In this document: positions 42,705-56,506 of the stretch, piece by piece | How positions within the stretch are numbered: the stretch's first letter is position 1 | How the letters are laid out: each line of letters begins with the position of its first letter | Assembly: GCA_964016885.1 (NCBI GenBank) | Contig: OZ024742.1 | Coordinates: 257,424,001-257,488,000, forward strand | Reading direction: 5' to 3' | Origin: Eledone cirrhosa | Taxonomy: Eukaryota | DNA length: 64,000 nt | The notes under the pieces: generated by a model | What the model was told of the DNA's origin: nothing | The model's database searches: none | The model's input: only the letters and a program-made list of their open reading frames with translations | Translations under genes and position numbers: made by a program

Positions 42705-43473
42705 CATGCTGCTTGTTTTTTCCTATATTTGCGTTGCTATCATCCTTCTATGTTTGTTTACTTGTCCCGCTCGCTTTACGCGATTTACTTGTCCCAATAG
42801 CTTTATTTAGCTATTGCTCGCACCAACCGGAGTTATATGATTTTTAAAGCGATGAAATACCAATGAAGTTTGGAAAATCATTGACGAAGGACTATTTTTA
42901 TCATATGTAACCCATGTGCAACCACGCAATATTCTTTCTTCTCATGTTTTTTATATATATATTCCTCGGCTGCGTTTGTCTGTTTCTCTCTTACTGCTTC
43001 CCCGCTCTCTCTGTTTCCCTCACCTTCTTTCGCCCCCTCTGTCATTTACACTTTCTGTCGACTGCCTCTTCCTCGCACTTCCATTCACTCACTCTTTGTT
43101 TCTCCCCTTCTCACTTCCTCCCGTTTGTCCTGTAGTGGGTCCTCTTCTTGCTCACATCTCACTCACAATAGATGGCCTGTATCTTACTCGCTCATGAAAT
43201 CCACCCGGCTTAAGCTGGGCGGATTTCCATGCTGCTAGTTTTTTCCTATCTTTGCGTTGCTATCATCCTTCTATATTTGTTTACTTGTCTCGCTCGCTTT
43301 ACGCGATTTGCTTGTCCCAATCGCTCTATTTAGCTATTGCTCGCACCAACCGGAGGTATATGATTTTTAAAGCGTTGAAATACCAATGAAGGTCGGAAAA
43401 TCACTGACGAAGGACTATTTTTATCATATGTAACCCATGTGCAACCACGCAGTATTCTTTCTTCCCATGCTTT
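42702..43473. repeat. Terminally redundant non-coding unit, period 523 bp (about 250-bp direct repeats at 42702 and 43225)
   Basis: Direct repeats; hairpin atcc.cccggc ttaa gctggg.ggat at the junction; (AT)n on both flanks. Confidence 0.85.
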
Positions 43474-43499
43474 ATATATATATATATATATTAGTATAC

Positions 43500-43572
<73 letters not shown>

Positions 43573-44206
43573 GTGGGTAACAGCACGTGTTACTGTGTTT
43601 TCCTGCTGACTCTAGCAGAACCCCGAGAAAACAAGCCTACATAGTTCGGCTGCTCGTGTGTGCCTGTATATATTTGATTGTGATATACGAGGAATGTTGT
43701 CTACAACTATTACTTCCTCTCATGCTACTTCATGTAGTTTCATATTCCAATTCATATCTGCATAGCTTATTATTTGTTAATTAGTTTCTGAAAAATACTT
43801 TTCGAAGAAAGTTATCAACATCTCTAACTCGAATACTTTAACCATATTGAAGTAGATCTTGATTCGATAAATTATACTTAACTACAGAGAGTTTTACTCA
43901 TCTCATTTCCATGGCAGTAAGGTGAAAGAATTCACTTTGCAAACATGTGGTTTTGTATGAAGATCTGCTCCGGCTTCGGCATGACGAATGTCTTGTGAGT
44001 AGAATGTTGTAGTCAGGAGCAGCAGAACTATATCATACGTACACACACACACACACACACACAAATACACACACGTTTGCTTACAAACATACACGCACAC
44101 ACATACACACACACACAAACAACACACACACACACACATACACACACAAAGACATACACACATACATACACGCGCGCGCGCGCACATACACACACCTATA
44201 CACACG

Positions 44207-44264
<58 letters not shown>

Positions 44265-44704
44265 GTTATGCAAGAAATGCTTAGGATTATCCTGAATTCA
44301 GTAATTGTTAATTACTACACTAGATAGAATCGACGTACGGTGAGGTGTTACTCAACGAGTTATGGCGGAATAGTCGGAAAAACTTAATTTCTAATCCTTC
44401 TGTATTCCGGAGTGTAGTTAAAGGATGAATAATAACAGGTAGACATCATAAAAAGGTAATTTATTCCGAGTGCTTTCAAATGTTTCAACAGTAGTTATAC
44501 AGCCTAGACATGCTATGTGCAATTGGTGATTATTTGATTGCAGAAACTCAACTTTTAAATGATGCGACTACCGTTTCCTCAGAGCAGAATGGTTAAAATG
44601 TAAATACCCTTGTATTTCTTAAAGGAAGTTATTGGAGAAGATAGAGTAGAAAGGATGAGAGAAAGAAGGGGATAGAGAGGGAGGGAGAGAGAGAGAGAGG
44701 GAGG

Positions 44705-44786
<82 letters not shown>

Positions 44787-45330
44787 CTACGTAGGGGTTG
44801 GAGAAGTGGGAGAGAGTGGTTTGAAGAATACAGATAGCTTGATCAAAATGTTGTGGTAAGGTTTTATTATACTGTTTACTCTCAAGGTGACAGCCTTAGG
44901 CATTGTGTAGATGTGGTCAAGATTGGGATTATTTATTGCCTCAGAGAGCAGGTTAATAGATGTGGTGAGGGAGTGAGGTAGGCCGAGGGCGAGAGAGAGA
45001 TAGAGAGAGAGAGAGGAAGGGAGAGAGAGAAAGAAAGAGAGATAGAGAGCAGACAGACGAAGGCTACGAGATGGGGATACATGGACTTCATAGTTGTAGT
45101 CTGCAAATCGCACTCGAGTACCCATTTATAATGATAAGCAGAGTATTGGGTTTTAGTGTAGGGGTGGGGGATATAGTTAGGAAGTAGTTGTTGAGAGGAA
45201 TTAGTTAGCAAGAAAGCGATGTTGTAGTCTCAGGTTCAAATGTTAAGTTATTTTATAGTGAGAAAATTTAGCCTTCAGTTTGTGGTTGCCGTATAACGAT
45301 CGTTCGATTCTGTCATTTAGAAGTTCATTT
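44787..45330 (-). pseudogene. Decayed PLE RT C-terminal fragment interrupted by (AG)n
   Basis: Fragments YTKTQYSAY.. and RVNSIIKPYHNILIKLSVFFKP resemble a PLE RT thumb. Confidence 0.3.
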
Positions 45331-45395
45331 TTGGATTATGAGATATGAAAGAGTTCAAGGTTGCATAATCTGCAGTGCTTCAATCCACTCCGAAA

Positions 45396-45440
<45 letters not shown>

Positions 45441-45442
45441 GA

Positions 45443-45660
45443 AGGCGTGTGGCTGAGTGGTTAGAGTATTGGATTCACAATCGTGAGGTTGTGAGTTCGA
45501 TTCCTGAACCAGGCGATGCGTTATGTCCTTGAGCAAGACACTTTATTTCACGTTGCTCCTTCTACCTGGAGTTGCGACCGATAGATAGTATTAGCAATTG
45601 GAAAGACCAACGGAAACATAGTTTCCTCGGTCCGATTTGACGAAAGTCGATCGACTAGAA
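45443..45660 (+). mobile_element. CORE-like SINE family B, short-tail variant
   Basis: TGGCTGAGTGG A box, GTTCGATTCC B box, gtccttgagcaagacactt. Confidence 0.85.
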
Positions 45661-45913
45661 TATATATATACACACACAATATATAGAGAAACACACAGAT
45701 ACATGCGGACACATATAAATGAATATATCAACATATATCCTTGGGTTAGTGGTACCAACCTCAACCGATATTGCTCTATGAATAACTGGGATAAACTAAT
45801 CCGAATGGATTAGATTGATTCAGTATCAGAGTTATAGAATACATTAGGAAGAGAAAAGAAACCTTAGATATAATTAATAATAAGATATATCATACCCAAA
45901 CTGTTTCTTTAGT

Positions 45914-46004
45914 CCCCGACTACGAAGTTTCGTGCCATATTATGCAAAAACACAACATCACAGAGATATAGAATTTGTGTGAGGTCTGCCGACTTATCAA
46001 GAGC
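45914..46004 (-). ncRNA. Decayed hammerhead relic
   Basis: gctc-TTGATAA-gt...ac-GAAA-cttcgtag-TC-gggg. Confidence 0.35.
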
Positions 46005-46171
46005 ATACTTCATTAAGAGTTTCATATGTATATATATGTATGTATATATATATACATACACACGCGCAAACAAATATATATAAATACGTGTGTGTGTGTT
46101 TATCCCGGGTTCGATCGGGGGTAACCACAATAAGTAAGTTACGTAATACATAGCAGAGTATAAATATTTAT

Positions 46172-46221
46172 ACTTCTACAGGACTAGAACTGTTTTGTTC
46201 AGGATAACTTCATCAGGAAAC
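46172..46221 (-). ncRNA. Type I hammerhead with GAAA changed to AAAA, downstream of a possible GIY-YIG tail (about 46350-46510)
   Basis: gtttc-CTGATGA-a gtt atcctg aac-AAAA-cag..ctg-TA-gaagt. Confidence 0.55.
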
Positions 46222-46575
46222 CGACTGTCAATGTAATATGGTAGTATTTATACATTTTCTGGTAGTAGCAGAGGGTGGGGATTGCTATGAGTGGAGGTCA
46301 GTGGTGGATGAATTTAAAGAAATCGGATTCTTTAAAAATTATATTTAGAGAAATATAGTGAAACGAAGGCAGAAAAAGTTCACGCTAAGTCCCGATAGAC
46401 AAACCCGAACACAGTAAGTGGTACTCCTAAATTTTAAGGTTGATTTATTCCAAGCAAAAAATGGGTATACATTGGTGACGTCTGTAAACATGGTCAGGTG
46501 TCTACAATGAACAATCCTCCCCACACACTGATATATATATATATACATAGACATACATACACACACAAATACATG

Positions 46576-46641
<66 letters not shown>

Positions 46642-46771
46642 TCTCTCTATCCCTCTCTCTCTCTCTCTATCTCTGGCTCTCTGTTAGGGAAACTTTTCTT
46701 CTCTTGTTTGTGTCCCGATTAGCTTCTAACACTTCGTTTTCAGTAACGACACAGCCTCGTCTGCTAACCTG

Positions 46772-46832
<61 letters not shown>

Positions 46833-46884
46833 GTATATAGTGACAAAACATAAGTCAATTGCATGAACTCATAATCCTTTATTT

Positions 46885-46940
46885 ACTGCTATATATATTT
46901 CGATGAGAGCCATTGAATGGCTATGACCTCATCAGGCAGT
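46885..46940 (-). ncRNA. Type I hammerhead ribozyme
   Basis: actgc-CTGATGA-ggt..agccat tca atggct..atc-GAAA-tatata-TA-gcagt. Confidence 0.8.
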
Positions 46941-47053
46941 TAGTCAGCTCTTAGATATGCCAGCTCTATGTTTATAGTGTTGATGGTATCAGAGCCTTGG
47001 GACATATGGGCTTGTAAGGAATACTAGATATATGTGTATATATATATATATAA

Positions 47054-47123
<70 letters not shown>

Positions 47124-47261
47124 AGTGTAATTTACTACACAAAACGAAGGTTATAGAGAAAATGGAGGTTGGTAATGGCACATGGAATATATAAGAGACA
47201 GAATACTTTTTTGTGAAAAAACATATAATTTTATAAGGTAAGGAAATAATAAAGGGTATAA

Positions 47262-47309
47262 AAAATTACCGGTTTCGATGCGTCTGCAAAAGCCATCTTT
47301 TCAAATGTT
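47262..47309 (-). ncRNA. Decayed hammerhead relic, possibly the 3' repeat of the PLE at 48460
   Basis: TTGAAAA-gatg..catc-GAAA-CCGG-TA. Confidence 0.4.
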
Positions 47310-47665
47310 GATTAATATTAAGAAAAATTAATATTAAGAAGAGTTAAAATTTGAGATTTGAAAATTCAAGTATAAAATTCATTGTGGGATTTCATAGCAG
47401 CTTTCAATATGTTAGCCGCAAGTTGACTGATGTGTGCTTTTCTGGTAGTGAATGAGAAGTTATTTGGGGGTGTGGGTTATTTTATAAAGGACAGATTTAG
47501 CAATGGCCAGATGGCCAGCTGCTGGTCAGTGAGGGGGTGGAAGCAATATACATACATATAGATCCCTGTGGTCGGTAGGAGAGGGGAGATTGATAGAAAG
47601 GGATTTAGTGCACTTACACCTATATATACACACATACCTTCATCCACACATACATACATATACAT

Positions 47666-47711
<46 letters not shown>

Positions 47712-48459
47712 TCAGGTTATCATATATACATATACACACATACACACACACATATATATGCACATACACACACATATATATATATACACACACACACATA
47801 TATATATACATACACATACATCCAGATACACACATACATAGACACACACATATATATATATATACATACACACATACAAACACACACACACACACATATA
47901 TATACACATACACACACATATATATATACACACACACACACACACATATATATATACACATACGCATACATCCAGATACACACATACATACACGGACACA
48001 CACACACTCACACACAATACATACATCCACATGCACACACACACACACACACACACACACCCATATACACATACATACACCCACACACAGAGAAATGGCC
48101 TCCAAATATATATATATACATACATACACATATATTTTTTCCATAATATAAGAAGTTAGGGAGTGAAATTAAAATACAAGTCATTCTGATCACATTGAGT
48201 TCTTCATGTAGATTGGGCCCCGCAACCGACAGTGGTGAATTATGTGTGCGCATATATATATATAGATATATGTGTGTGCACGTGCAGGGTTTAACATGGA
48301 TGTGTTGGTCACACAAAGGCATGGTCTGTCAACGAATAAACCTGATTCTACAGAATTGGTCTCTGGTCTTTAATAGTAGTGATAATTATATACATGCATA
48401 CATACAAACACATATATCTGTCACTCCGTGCGTATGTGTGTTTATATTTTATGACAATT

Positions 48460-51260
48460 CTATTGGGTTGATAACCCGTTTAGTTTTGGTTTAAATTTGT
48501 TGAGGAATAGATTTTCTTTGTTTATTCTTTGTTGCTGTGTGAACGAATCTGAGCACTTGTAGAAGGGGAAGATTTTAAAGTTGGGTAGTGTCATTCCTGC
48601 GCAGTTCGCAATATGGCTGCTCAAGGGGATTTTTCTTGTGTTAGCGTCCCGGATTTGTTGGCGGTGGATGGTCATTCTTTTGCGTAATGAGGTGCCCGTC
48701 TGTCCTATGCAGTTGTGTTTGCACCCACCGCAAGTTATTGCGTAAATCAAGTTCTCCGAGTTGCAGGTGAAATTGCTTTTTACTGTAAATGTTTGGCCAT
48801 CTTTAAATGTAAATTTTTGTCCTTCAGTGAGGTAGAGGCACGTTCCACAGTTTGTTCTACCACATTTGGTAACTGTAGGGTTGAGGATTGGTTTGGGTAT
48901 ATTTGGTCCAGTGAGAATGCGTTTTAGTGATTTGGGTTGTCTTTTACTTTTAAGGATCTTGTGTGTTTCAAGAATAGACTTCATTTTTACATCTTTAAGT
49001 AGGATCGGGAGGTTTTTGTGTAGGTGATCAAACATTTCGGTATTTCTGGGGTTGAAAGTGGATACATATGGCAGGGTGTGGTTTTCTGTTTTGGATTGTT
49101 AAGTTGATGGGGATTTAGGTGTTTTGCCCTGTCTATTCCATTGTTGATTATTTCAAGTGGAAAGGCTCTTAAGATAAGGGTGTCTTTTAGTTCCTTTAGT
49201 CTTTGCTCCCGTTTAGGTGGATCTGATACTATGGTACATATACGTTTGGCCAAATTGTAAGGAATGTTAAGTTTTGTATGTTTTGGGAGATTTGATGTGA
49301 AAAAGAGGTATTGCTTGGAATCTGTGGGTTTATAGAATATATCTGTATCTAATTTCCCGTCTATTACAGAGATGAGAATATCCAAGAAGGCTAATTCCTT
49401 GGGATTAGATTCCATTGTGAATTGTATGTTATTGTCTATGTTGTTTATCATGTTTTTAAACATAGTAAGTGAGTTCATGTCTTCTTGCCATAGGATAAAG
49501 CAGTCGTCTAGATATCTTTTCCAATTGGCTTTGAGGTGTGTGTGGAAAGAGTCTCCAAATAAGAGAAGGGACTGACTGTATATTTGTTGTTCATGGAATC
49601 CCATGACTAGGTTGGCATATGTGGGTGCTACTTTTGTACCCATTGCCGTACCTGATACTTGACTGTATGTTGAACCATTGAATGTGAAGTAGTTATTTTG
49701 TAGGATAAAGCGGAGTCCGTCAGTGATAAAATATTTGTTGATGCGTGTCGGTATTTCTGATGGGTGTGTGTGAAGCCAGTATTGGACTGCTGTTATTCCA
49801 TAGTTGTGGGGTATGTTTGTGTAGAGGTTTATTACGTCAAAGGAGACAAGAATTGTATTTGCACTTACTGTTTTAGGGAGGTGTTTCAGCATGTCAAGGT
49901 CATCTCGTATGTAGCTCTGTATATGTTGTAGAAAGGGTTTCAGTAGGATGTCCAGAAAGTTGCTAAGTCTGTGGGTTTCACATGTAGGGCCTGCTATAAT
50001 TGGTCTGAGTTTTAGGTCTTCTGGTGGTGTTAGTTCAATGTAATTGTTGGTTGAAGTGTCACATGCATCGTTTATGGGTTTACATTTGTGGAGTTTCGGT
50101 AAGCCGTAAAAAGAGCTTGTATTGCATTTGAAGTGGCTTATATAGTTAAACTCTTTGTGGTTAAGCTGTTGCGGTATTTATTCAGTAAGGTCAAAAGGTT
50201 CCCCATTGTTTTGGTGTGTTTGTAGTTTTCTGTTTTTTCATAGTATGTGTTGTTTTCTAAAATGTTAAGTGCGAGGGTCCTATAGTAGTCCGTATTCATA
50301 ATGACAACAGTACTGCCTTTATCGGCTTCTTTGATAGTTATCTCAAAGTTGTTTCTAAGTGTGAATAATTCTTCCCATTCGTGTGTAGATAGGTTTGATT
50401 TCGTGTGTTTATTTGTAATTTTTTCATAGGGAAAGTTGGTGATGTGTTCGCAGTACGTGTCCAGTGCTTTATTTCTTCCCTTTTGTGGGCAGAAATTGCT
50501 TTTATTTCTAACCAGTGATTCGTCTTCAGTGTTGGTGTCGTTGTGGAAGAATTCCGTTAGTCGCAGCTTTCGGCAGTATTCCATGATGTCATCCTTCATT
50601 TCGGGGAAGTTTGGTTTACGCGGTGTAGGTGGAAATTTCAGGCCCTTACTTAAAATGTTGATTTGTGTGTTGGTTATAGGTGTCTTTGAGAGGTTGATTA
50701 TTGTTGGTTTCTCCTGAGGGGGGGGGGGGGCATCGAGTATCCTGGTATTTCAGGCTTTTCTCTAAAAAAGGAATGTAGTTTTGTGTGTGATTATATTTTG
50801 TTGGTTTGTTGCGTGTGGGTCTGTAGCTTGTTGTTTCATGAGGGTGAATGTGATGGTGGGGGTTATATGTGTTGTGGTTGTTGATGAGCAAGGGTTCTGT
50901 TGTTGGTTCATGTGGTCTGGGTGCGTTATTTCTGTGGTACAGAGTGTTGAGGTTGGGGGGTTGTCTTTTGTTGGATTGAGGGTGATGTCTGGTGTGGTTG
51001 TGGGTAAGTTCTGTTGTGATTTCAAGTGGTCTGGGTGGATTTCTTCTGAGGAATGTGGTGTGTGTGTTGTGAGTTGGATCTATGTTATTTCGGCGTTGGT
51101 TTATGTAGGGGGCATTTCTACGGAAACCTGTGTTGTGGTGGTTGGGTGTGTTTCTTTTGGTGTAGTTGGCCGTATTTGGTTTGTGTTGGTGGGGGATGTG
51201 CCTGTGGTTAGTGTGTGTTGGGTTTGGTGGTGTAAATGTGTCTATTGTAGTTCTTGTTAT
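48460..51260 (-). mobile_element. Near-complete PLE (Neptune-like): Thr/His-rich N-terminus, RT, Zn-finger GIY-YIG; few frameshifts
   Basis: IKEADKG, RPIIAGP, SFDVINLYTNI, QVSGTAMGTKVAP, RYLDD, FLDI, FYKPTD; KCGRTNCGTC..NLIYAITC..CIGQT..FKPKLN. Confidence 0.93.
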
Positions 51261-51274
51261 ATATATATATATAT

Positions 51275-51820
51275 ATATAAATTAATAAAAATAATGAATA
51301 AAAACAAAGAAAACGTTTCTTATATTAAAAAATTCATTATTTTACGATCGTTTCTAGGATATACATGTTTGTGTTGGTATGTATATCATATAGATCTATG
51401 TAAAATGTTTACAAACTATCAGAGGAAATATACATACCTACACATATATATATGCTGTCTTCAGAAATAATGATATTTGTTTATTGAAAAAATCCAACAA
51501 AGATTTAATATAAAAGGTCTGTTTGGGAACAGGTTTTGAATTGACCAATAGAAAGGTAGTAAGTGGTCAATATGGTAGAATAGTAGTAATAGAACTTTAA
51601 TTTAGGGGTAGAGGAAAGCAGATATCAGTTTTGAATGGAACGAGTATGATGAATGAAAAGATTATTTTAGGGATGAAAATAGGTCAAGTCGGTAAAAGGT
51701 ACAAGAAAAATTGATGCTATAAAAGAATAATGCTAATGTAAATATCTAAGGAGATAACATTTTACGATAAATGGGTTAGTGAAAATTATCAATCTTATTT
51801 AAAATATAGGGAATTTACAT
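51275..51820 (-). mobile_element. Second copy of the long-stem-II HHR repeat family
   Basis: Aligns with 40135-40678; starts at (AT)n. Confidence 0.85.
51334..51473 (-). ncRNA. Type I hammerhead with about 100-nt stem II
   Basis: tcattattt-CTGAAGA-long hairpin-GAAA-CGATCG-TA-aaataatga; 9-bp stem I; GUA triplet. Confidence 0.8.
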
Positions 51821-52285
51821 CTATAAAAAGAAAATAAATTAATTAAATTGATAGGTATATTTACATTGATAAATTTATATTAATTCATATAGATATGATA
51901 AATAAGAGTTAGATGTAATTGAAGAGTGCTGTTAAAAACGAAGGGAAAATAAAAATAATTATTATTATTATTGGGCGGGGGGGGGTAACTTTATTAGTGA
52001 GAAATAACAAATTTATATAGATTATAAGGAACATGGAATCATAACCTGAAATTAAATAGTTTATATGTATACTTATTAGTATAAATTTCAGGAAAAGATA
52101 GCTGTAAAAGGGAAATAAAATTATGCAGTTCATTAGTAATAGAATATTAATTATAGGTTAACTAATTAAAAAAAAGTGTTATTATAATAATTTCTAAAGG
52201 GTATATTAATTAGGTTTATAATATTTAAAAGTTCTTCTCAGTGTATGATTGCATGATATAATTAATTCCTGTCGTTTATTTAATA

Positions 52286-52324
52286 GGATATCCTTACATA
52301 TATGTATACAGACGTACAGTAGCA

Positions 52325-52394
<70 letters not shown>

Positions 52395-52825
52395 CATACA
52401 GGTACACATATATACATGTACGTATCAGTTTAGCGGACGTTTATTATAACGCCCGCTTTGTCCGTTTGTAAACAAACGGACAGCCTGATTTATGCCGTAC
52501 GGTGTTAAGGCAACCACGTCACCTTTTTGTTCAACACTGACACAGGAACGATGTACTAGTTTCAAGCTTCTTAGCTATCATCAGCTCCGTATACCCTTCT
52601 GCCAGATGGTTGAACGTTCGAAAGTATATACTTTCCTTATGAAAATTAACGGCTGAGCAGCCTAATTTGCATATCGAGTGAGTTCAGTCGGCCAGGCGTA
52701 CCGAAAACGATAAGTTGTAATATAATGAAACGAAATTTCATTTCTCTCTCTTAGTACGGCACTTACTCAAATGTAAGTATGTACGTATACGTACATACAT
52801 ATATGTATACAGACGTACAGTAGCA

Positions 52826-52870
<45 letters not shown>

Positions 52871-53267
52871 TTACAGGTACACATATATACTTACATTTAA
52901 GTAAGTGCCGTACTAAGAGTGGGAAATGAAATTTCGTTCATTATATTCCAACTTATCGTTTTCGGTACGCCTGGCCGACTGAACTCACTCGATATGCAAA
53001 TTAGGCTGCTCAGCCGTTAATTTTCATAAGGAAAGTATATACTTTCGAACGTTCAACCATCTGGCAGAAGGGTATACGGAGCTGATGATAGCTAAGAAGC
53101 TTGAAACTAGTACATCGTTCCTGTGTCAGTGTTGAACAAAAAGGTGACGTGGTTGCCTTAACACCGTACGGCATAAATCAGGCTGTCCGTTTGTTTACAA
53201 ACGGACAAAGCGGGCGTTATAATAAACGTCCGCTAAACTGATACGTACATGTGTATATGTGTACCTG

Positions 53268-53363
<96 letters not shown>

Positions 53364-53471
53364 GGGTACTGTACGTCTGTATACATATATGTATGTACGT
53401 ATACATACATACTTACATTTAAGTAAGTGCCGTACTAAGAGTGAGAAATGAAATTTCGTTTCATTATATTC
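52286..53471. mobile_element. Retrozyme-like family R: head-to-head pair of more-than-unit-length copies (pivot about 52890); HHRs at 52548-52590(-) and 53076-53118(+)
   Basis: Inverted arms; each arm is terminally redundant (acttacatttaagtaagtgccgtac at 52889 and 53411); CTGATGA-tagct aaga agctt-GAAA-CTAG-TA. Confidence 0.85.
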
Positions 53472-53657
53472 GGTGGATTGGCAGTATCGGTGGAGGGTTG
53501 GACGCCATGCTTTCTAGCATAGTTACGTCCCTTTACGATCTGAGTTCAAATCCCGCAGAGGTTGACTTTGCCTTTCATCCTTACGGGGTCGATAAAATAA
53601 AGTACCAGTAATGCACTGGGTAATTGCTGGCCTTGTGCCTAAAGTAGAAACAATTAT
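53472..53657 (+). mobile_element. SINE family A, near full-length
   Basis: tggcagtatcgg A box, gagttcaaatccc B box; same tail as other copies. Confidence 0.88.
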
Positions 53658-53666
53658 ATTACAACT

Positions 53667-53697
<31 letters not shown>

Positions 53698-54285
53698 ATA
53701 TGCTTCTCTTTTATCTATCTATCATTCTCTCTCTCCCTCACTCTCTCTCTCTCTCTCCATATATATATATATACGTGTGTTTCTAATAATTGTAACAGTA
53801 ACGGTCATACTGTAAATATTGGTTGACTGCATATAGATGAATTTTTGACTTATGTAGGCTATAATTATCAAAGTTTGTTTGAATAAAAAAAATATTTGAA
53901 TGTTTTTGTTTGAATGCCGTAGTATTGCTCATGGATTAATTTAAATTAATTGCTATATAGATTGAAAAGTCTACTAAAATATGCATGCATTTATTTTTAC
54001 TATTTTGCTACTTAAGTTAGATGAGTTATATATTCCTTTTTTGCCTTCTGGGTGGAGTAAAAATAAATACTTAACTGTATTTTGAATAAAATACATTGCT
54101 ATTTTCAATCATGAGACAGCTATTGTGTTGAGATATTGTATAAAAATTGTTTTTATTTGATCATATCGATCTCATTGCAACTTTTCAACTCTAGTAAATG
54201 ACAGGTGATGACAGATCAAACAAAAATAAAGTAATGTATTACCTACTATATTTCAACTTAGGTCAATTAATAAAGAACACACAAA

Positions 54286-55075
54286 ATTCGTTTTCATTTT
54301 AACTGTTACAGCTCCACATTTAAAAACAGGATAATGGCCCTGAAATACCATGTTAAACTATACAGGGTAACACATTTTTGCTCTTTTTATATTTGTCATG
54401 TGTCCTTTATATGTTTTTAACGCACTTTTCTGCGCAACTATGAAAATATATACTTTCAAACGTTCAATCAACTTACAGGAAGGTATACGGTTATGATGAC
54501 AGCTAATAAGCTAGAAATAGTTCATCGTTCCTTTGTCAGTGTTGAAAAAAATGGCACCGATAGTTGCCGAACACTGTACGGCGAATAATTCGGGCTATTT
54601 GTTTACAAACAAACCGAGCATAATAATAAATGTTCGGTAAGCCAAAAGGAAATATATATATAAATGTGTACATATATGTATGTATATACATACTACTGTA
54701 CGTCTGTATACATATATGTATGTCCGTATACATACTTATATTTAAGTCTCAGCCGTACTAAGAGTCAGAATTGACATTTCATTTTTTCCATTTATCGTTT
54801 TCGGTAAGCCCTGCTGACTAACTCACTCGATATTCAAATTAGGCTGCTCAGCCGTTAATATGCATAATGAAAGTATATACTTTCAAACGTTCAATCAACT
54901 GACAGGAGTGTATACGGTGCTGATGACAGCTAATAAGCTAGAACTAGTTCATCGTTCCTTTGTCAGTGTTGAACAAAATGGCAACGATGGTTGCCGAACA
55001 TTGTACGGCTAATAATTCGGGCTGTTTGTTTACAGGCAAACCGAGCATTATAATAAATGTTCGGTAAACCCATAC

Positions 55076-55163
<88 letters not shown>

Positions 55164-55212
55164 ATACATACTACTGTACGGCTGTATACATATATGTATG
55201 TACACATAGATA

Positions 55213-55306
<94 letters not shown>

Positions 55307-56506
55307 TGTAAGTATGTATCTATACGCACATACATATATGTATACAAACGTACAGTAGTATGTATATATACATACATGCACACATATATATATATGTACG
55401 TATGGGTTTACCGAACATTTATTATAATGTTCGGTCTGTTTGTAAACAAACAGACAGCCCGAATTAAGCCGTACAGTGTTCAGGCAACCATCGGCGCCTC
55501 TTTGTTCAACACTGACACAGGAACGATGTACTAGTTTCAAGCTTATTAGCTATCGTCAGCATCGTATACCTTCCTGCCAGATGATTGAACGTTTGAAAGT
55601 ATATACTTTCATCATGCATATTAACGGCTGAGCAGCCTAATTTGCATATTGAGTGAGTTAGTCGGCAGGGCTTACCGAAAACGATAAATGGAAAAGAATG
55701 AAATGAAATTTCATTTCTCACTCTGAGTGCGACTGATACTTAAATGTAAGTATGTATAATATACATATAAATATAAGTATGTACGTATACATACATACGG
55801 CCGACTAACTCACTCGATATACAAATTAGGCTGCTCAGCCGTTAATATGCATAAGGAAAGTATATACTTTCAAACATTCAATCATCTGGTAGGAAGTTAT
55901 ACGATGCTGACGATAGCTAATAAGCTTGAAACTGGTACATCGTTCCTGTGTCAGTGTTGAACAAAGAGGCGACGATGGTTACCTGAACATTCGTTTTCAT
56001 TTTAACTGTTACAGCTCCACATTTAAAAAGAGGGTAATGGCCCTGAAATACCATGTTGAGACATACAGGGTAACACATATGTTTGTTCTTTTTATATTCG
56101 TCCTTTATATGTTTTTAACCCACTTTTCTGCGCCACTATGAAAGTATATATTTTCAAACGTTCAATCATATGCAAGGAAGGTATACGATGCTGACGATAG
56201 CTAATAAGCTTGAAACTAGTACATCGTTCCTGTGTCAGTGTTGAACAAAGAGCCGACGATGGCTGCCTGAACAATGTACGGCTTAATACGAGCTGTTTGT
56301 TTGTTTTCAAACAAACCGAACATTATAATAAATGTTCGGTAAACCCATACGTACATATATATATATATGTGCATGTATGTATATATATATACATACTACT
56401 GTACGTCTCTATACATATATGTATGTGCGTATACATACATACTTACATTTAAGTATCAGCCGTGCTAAGAGTGAGAAATGAAATTTCGTTTCATTCTTTT
56501 ACATTT
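54286..56506. mobile_element. Retrozyme-like family R cluster with five HHRs: 54487(+, decayed), 54914(+, GAA), 55523-55565(-), 55901-55943(+), 56185-56227(+)
   Basis: acgatg-CTGACGA-t agct aata agct t-GAAA-CTAG-TA-catcgt; tandem period 427 bp between the first two HHRs; mixed orientations. Confidence 0.85.

Noticed and set aside
45443-45520. tRNA-like sequence as a real tRNA gene (also 42340)
   Set aside because: A/B boxes run into a CORE-like SINE body; no complete cloverleaf.
50781-51470. 229-aa Val/Cys-rich plus-strand ORF
   Set aside because: Antisense of the PLE Thr/His-rich N-terminus running into an unrelated repeat.
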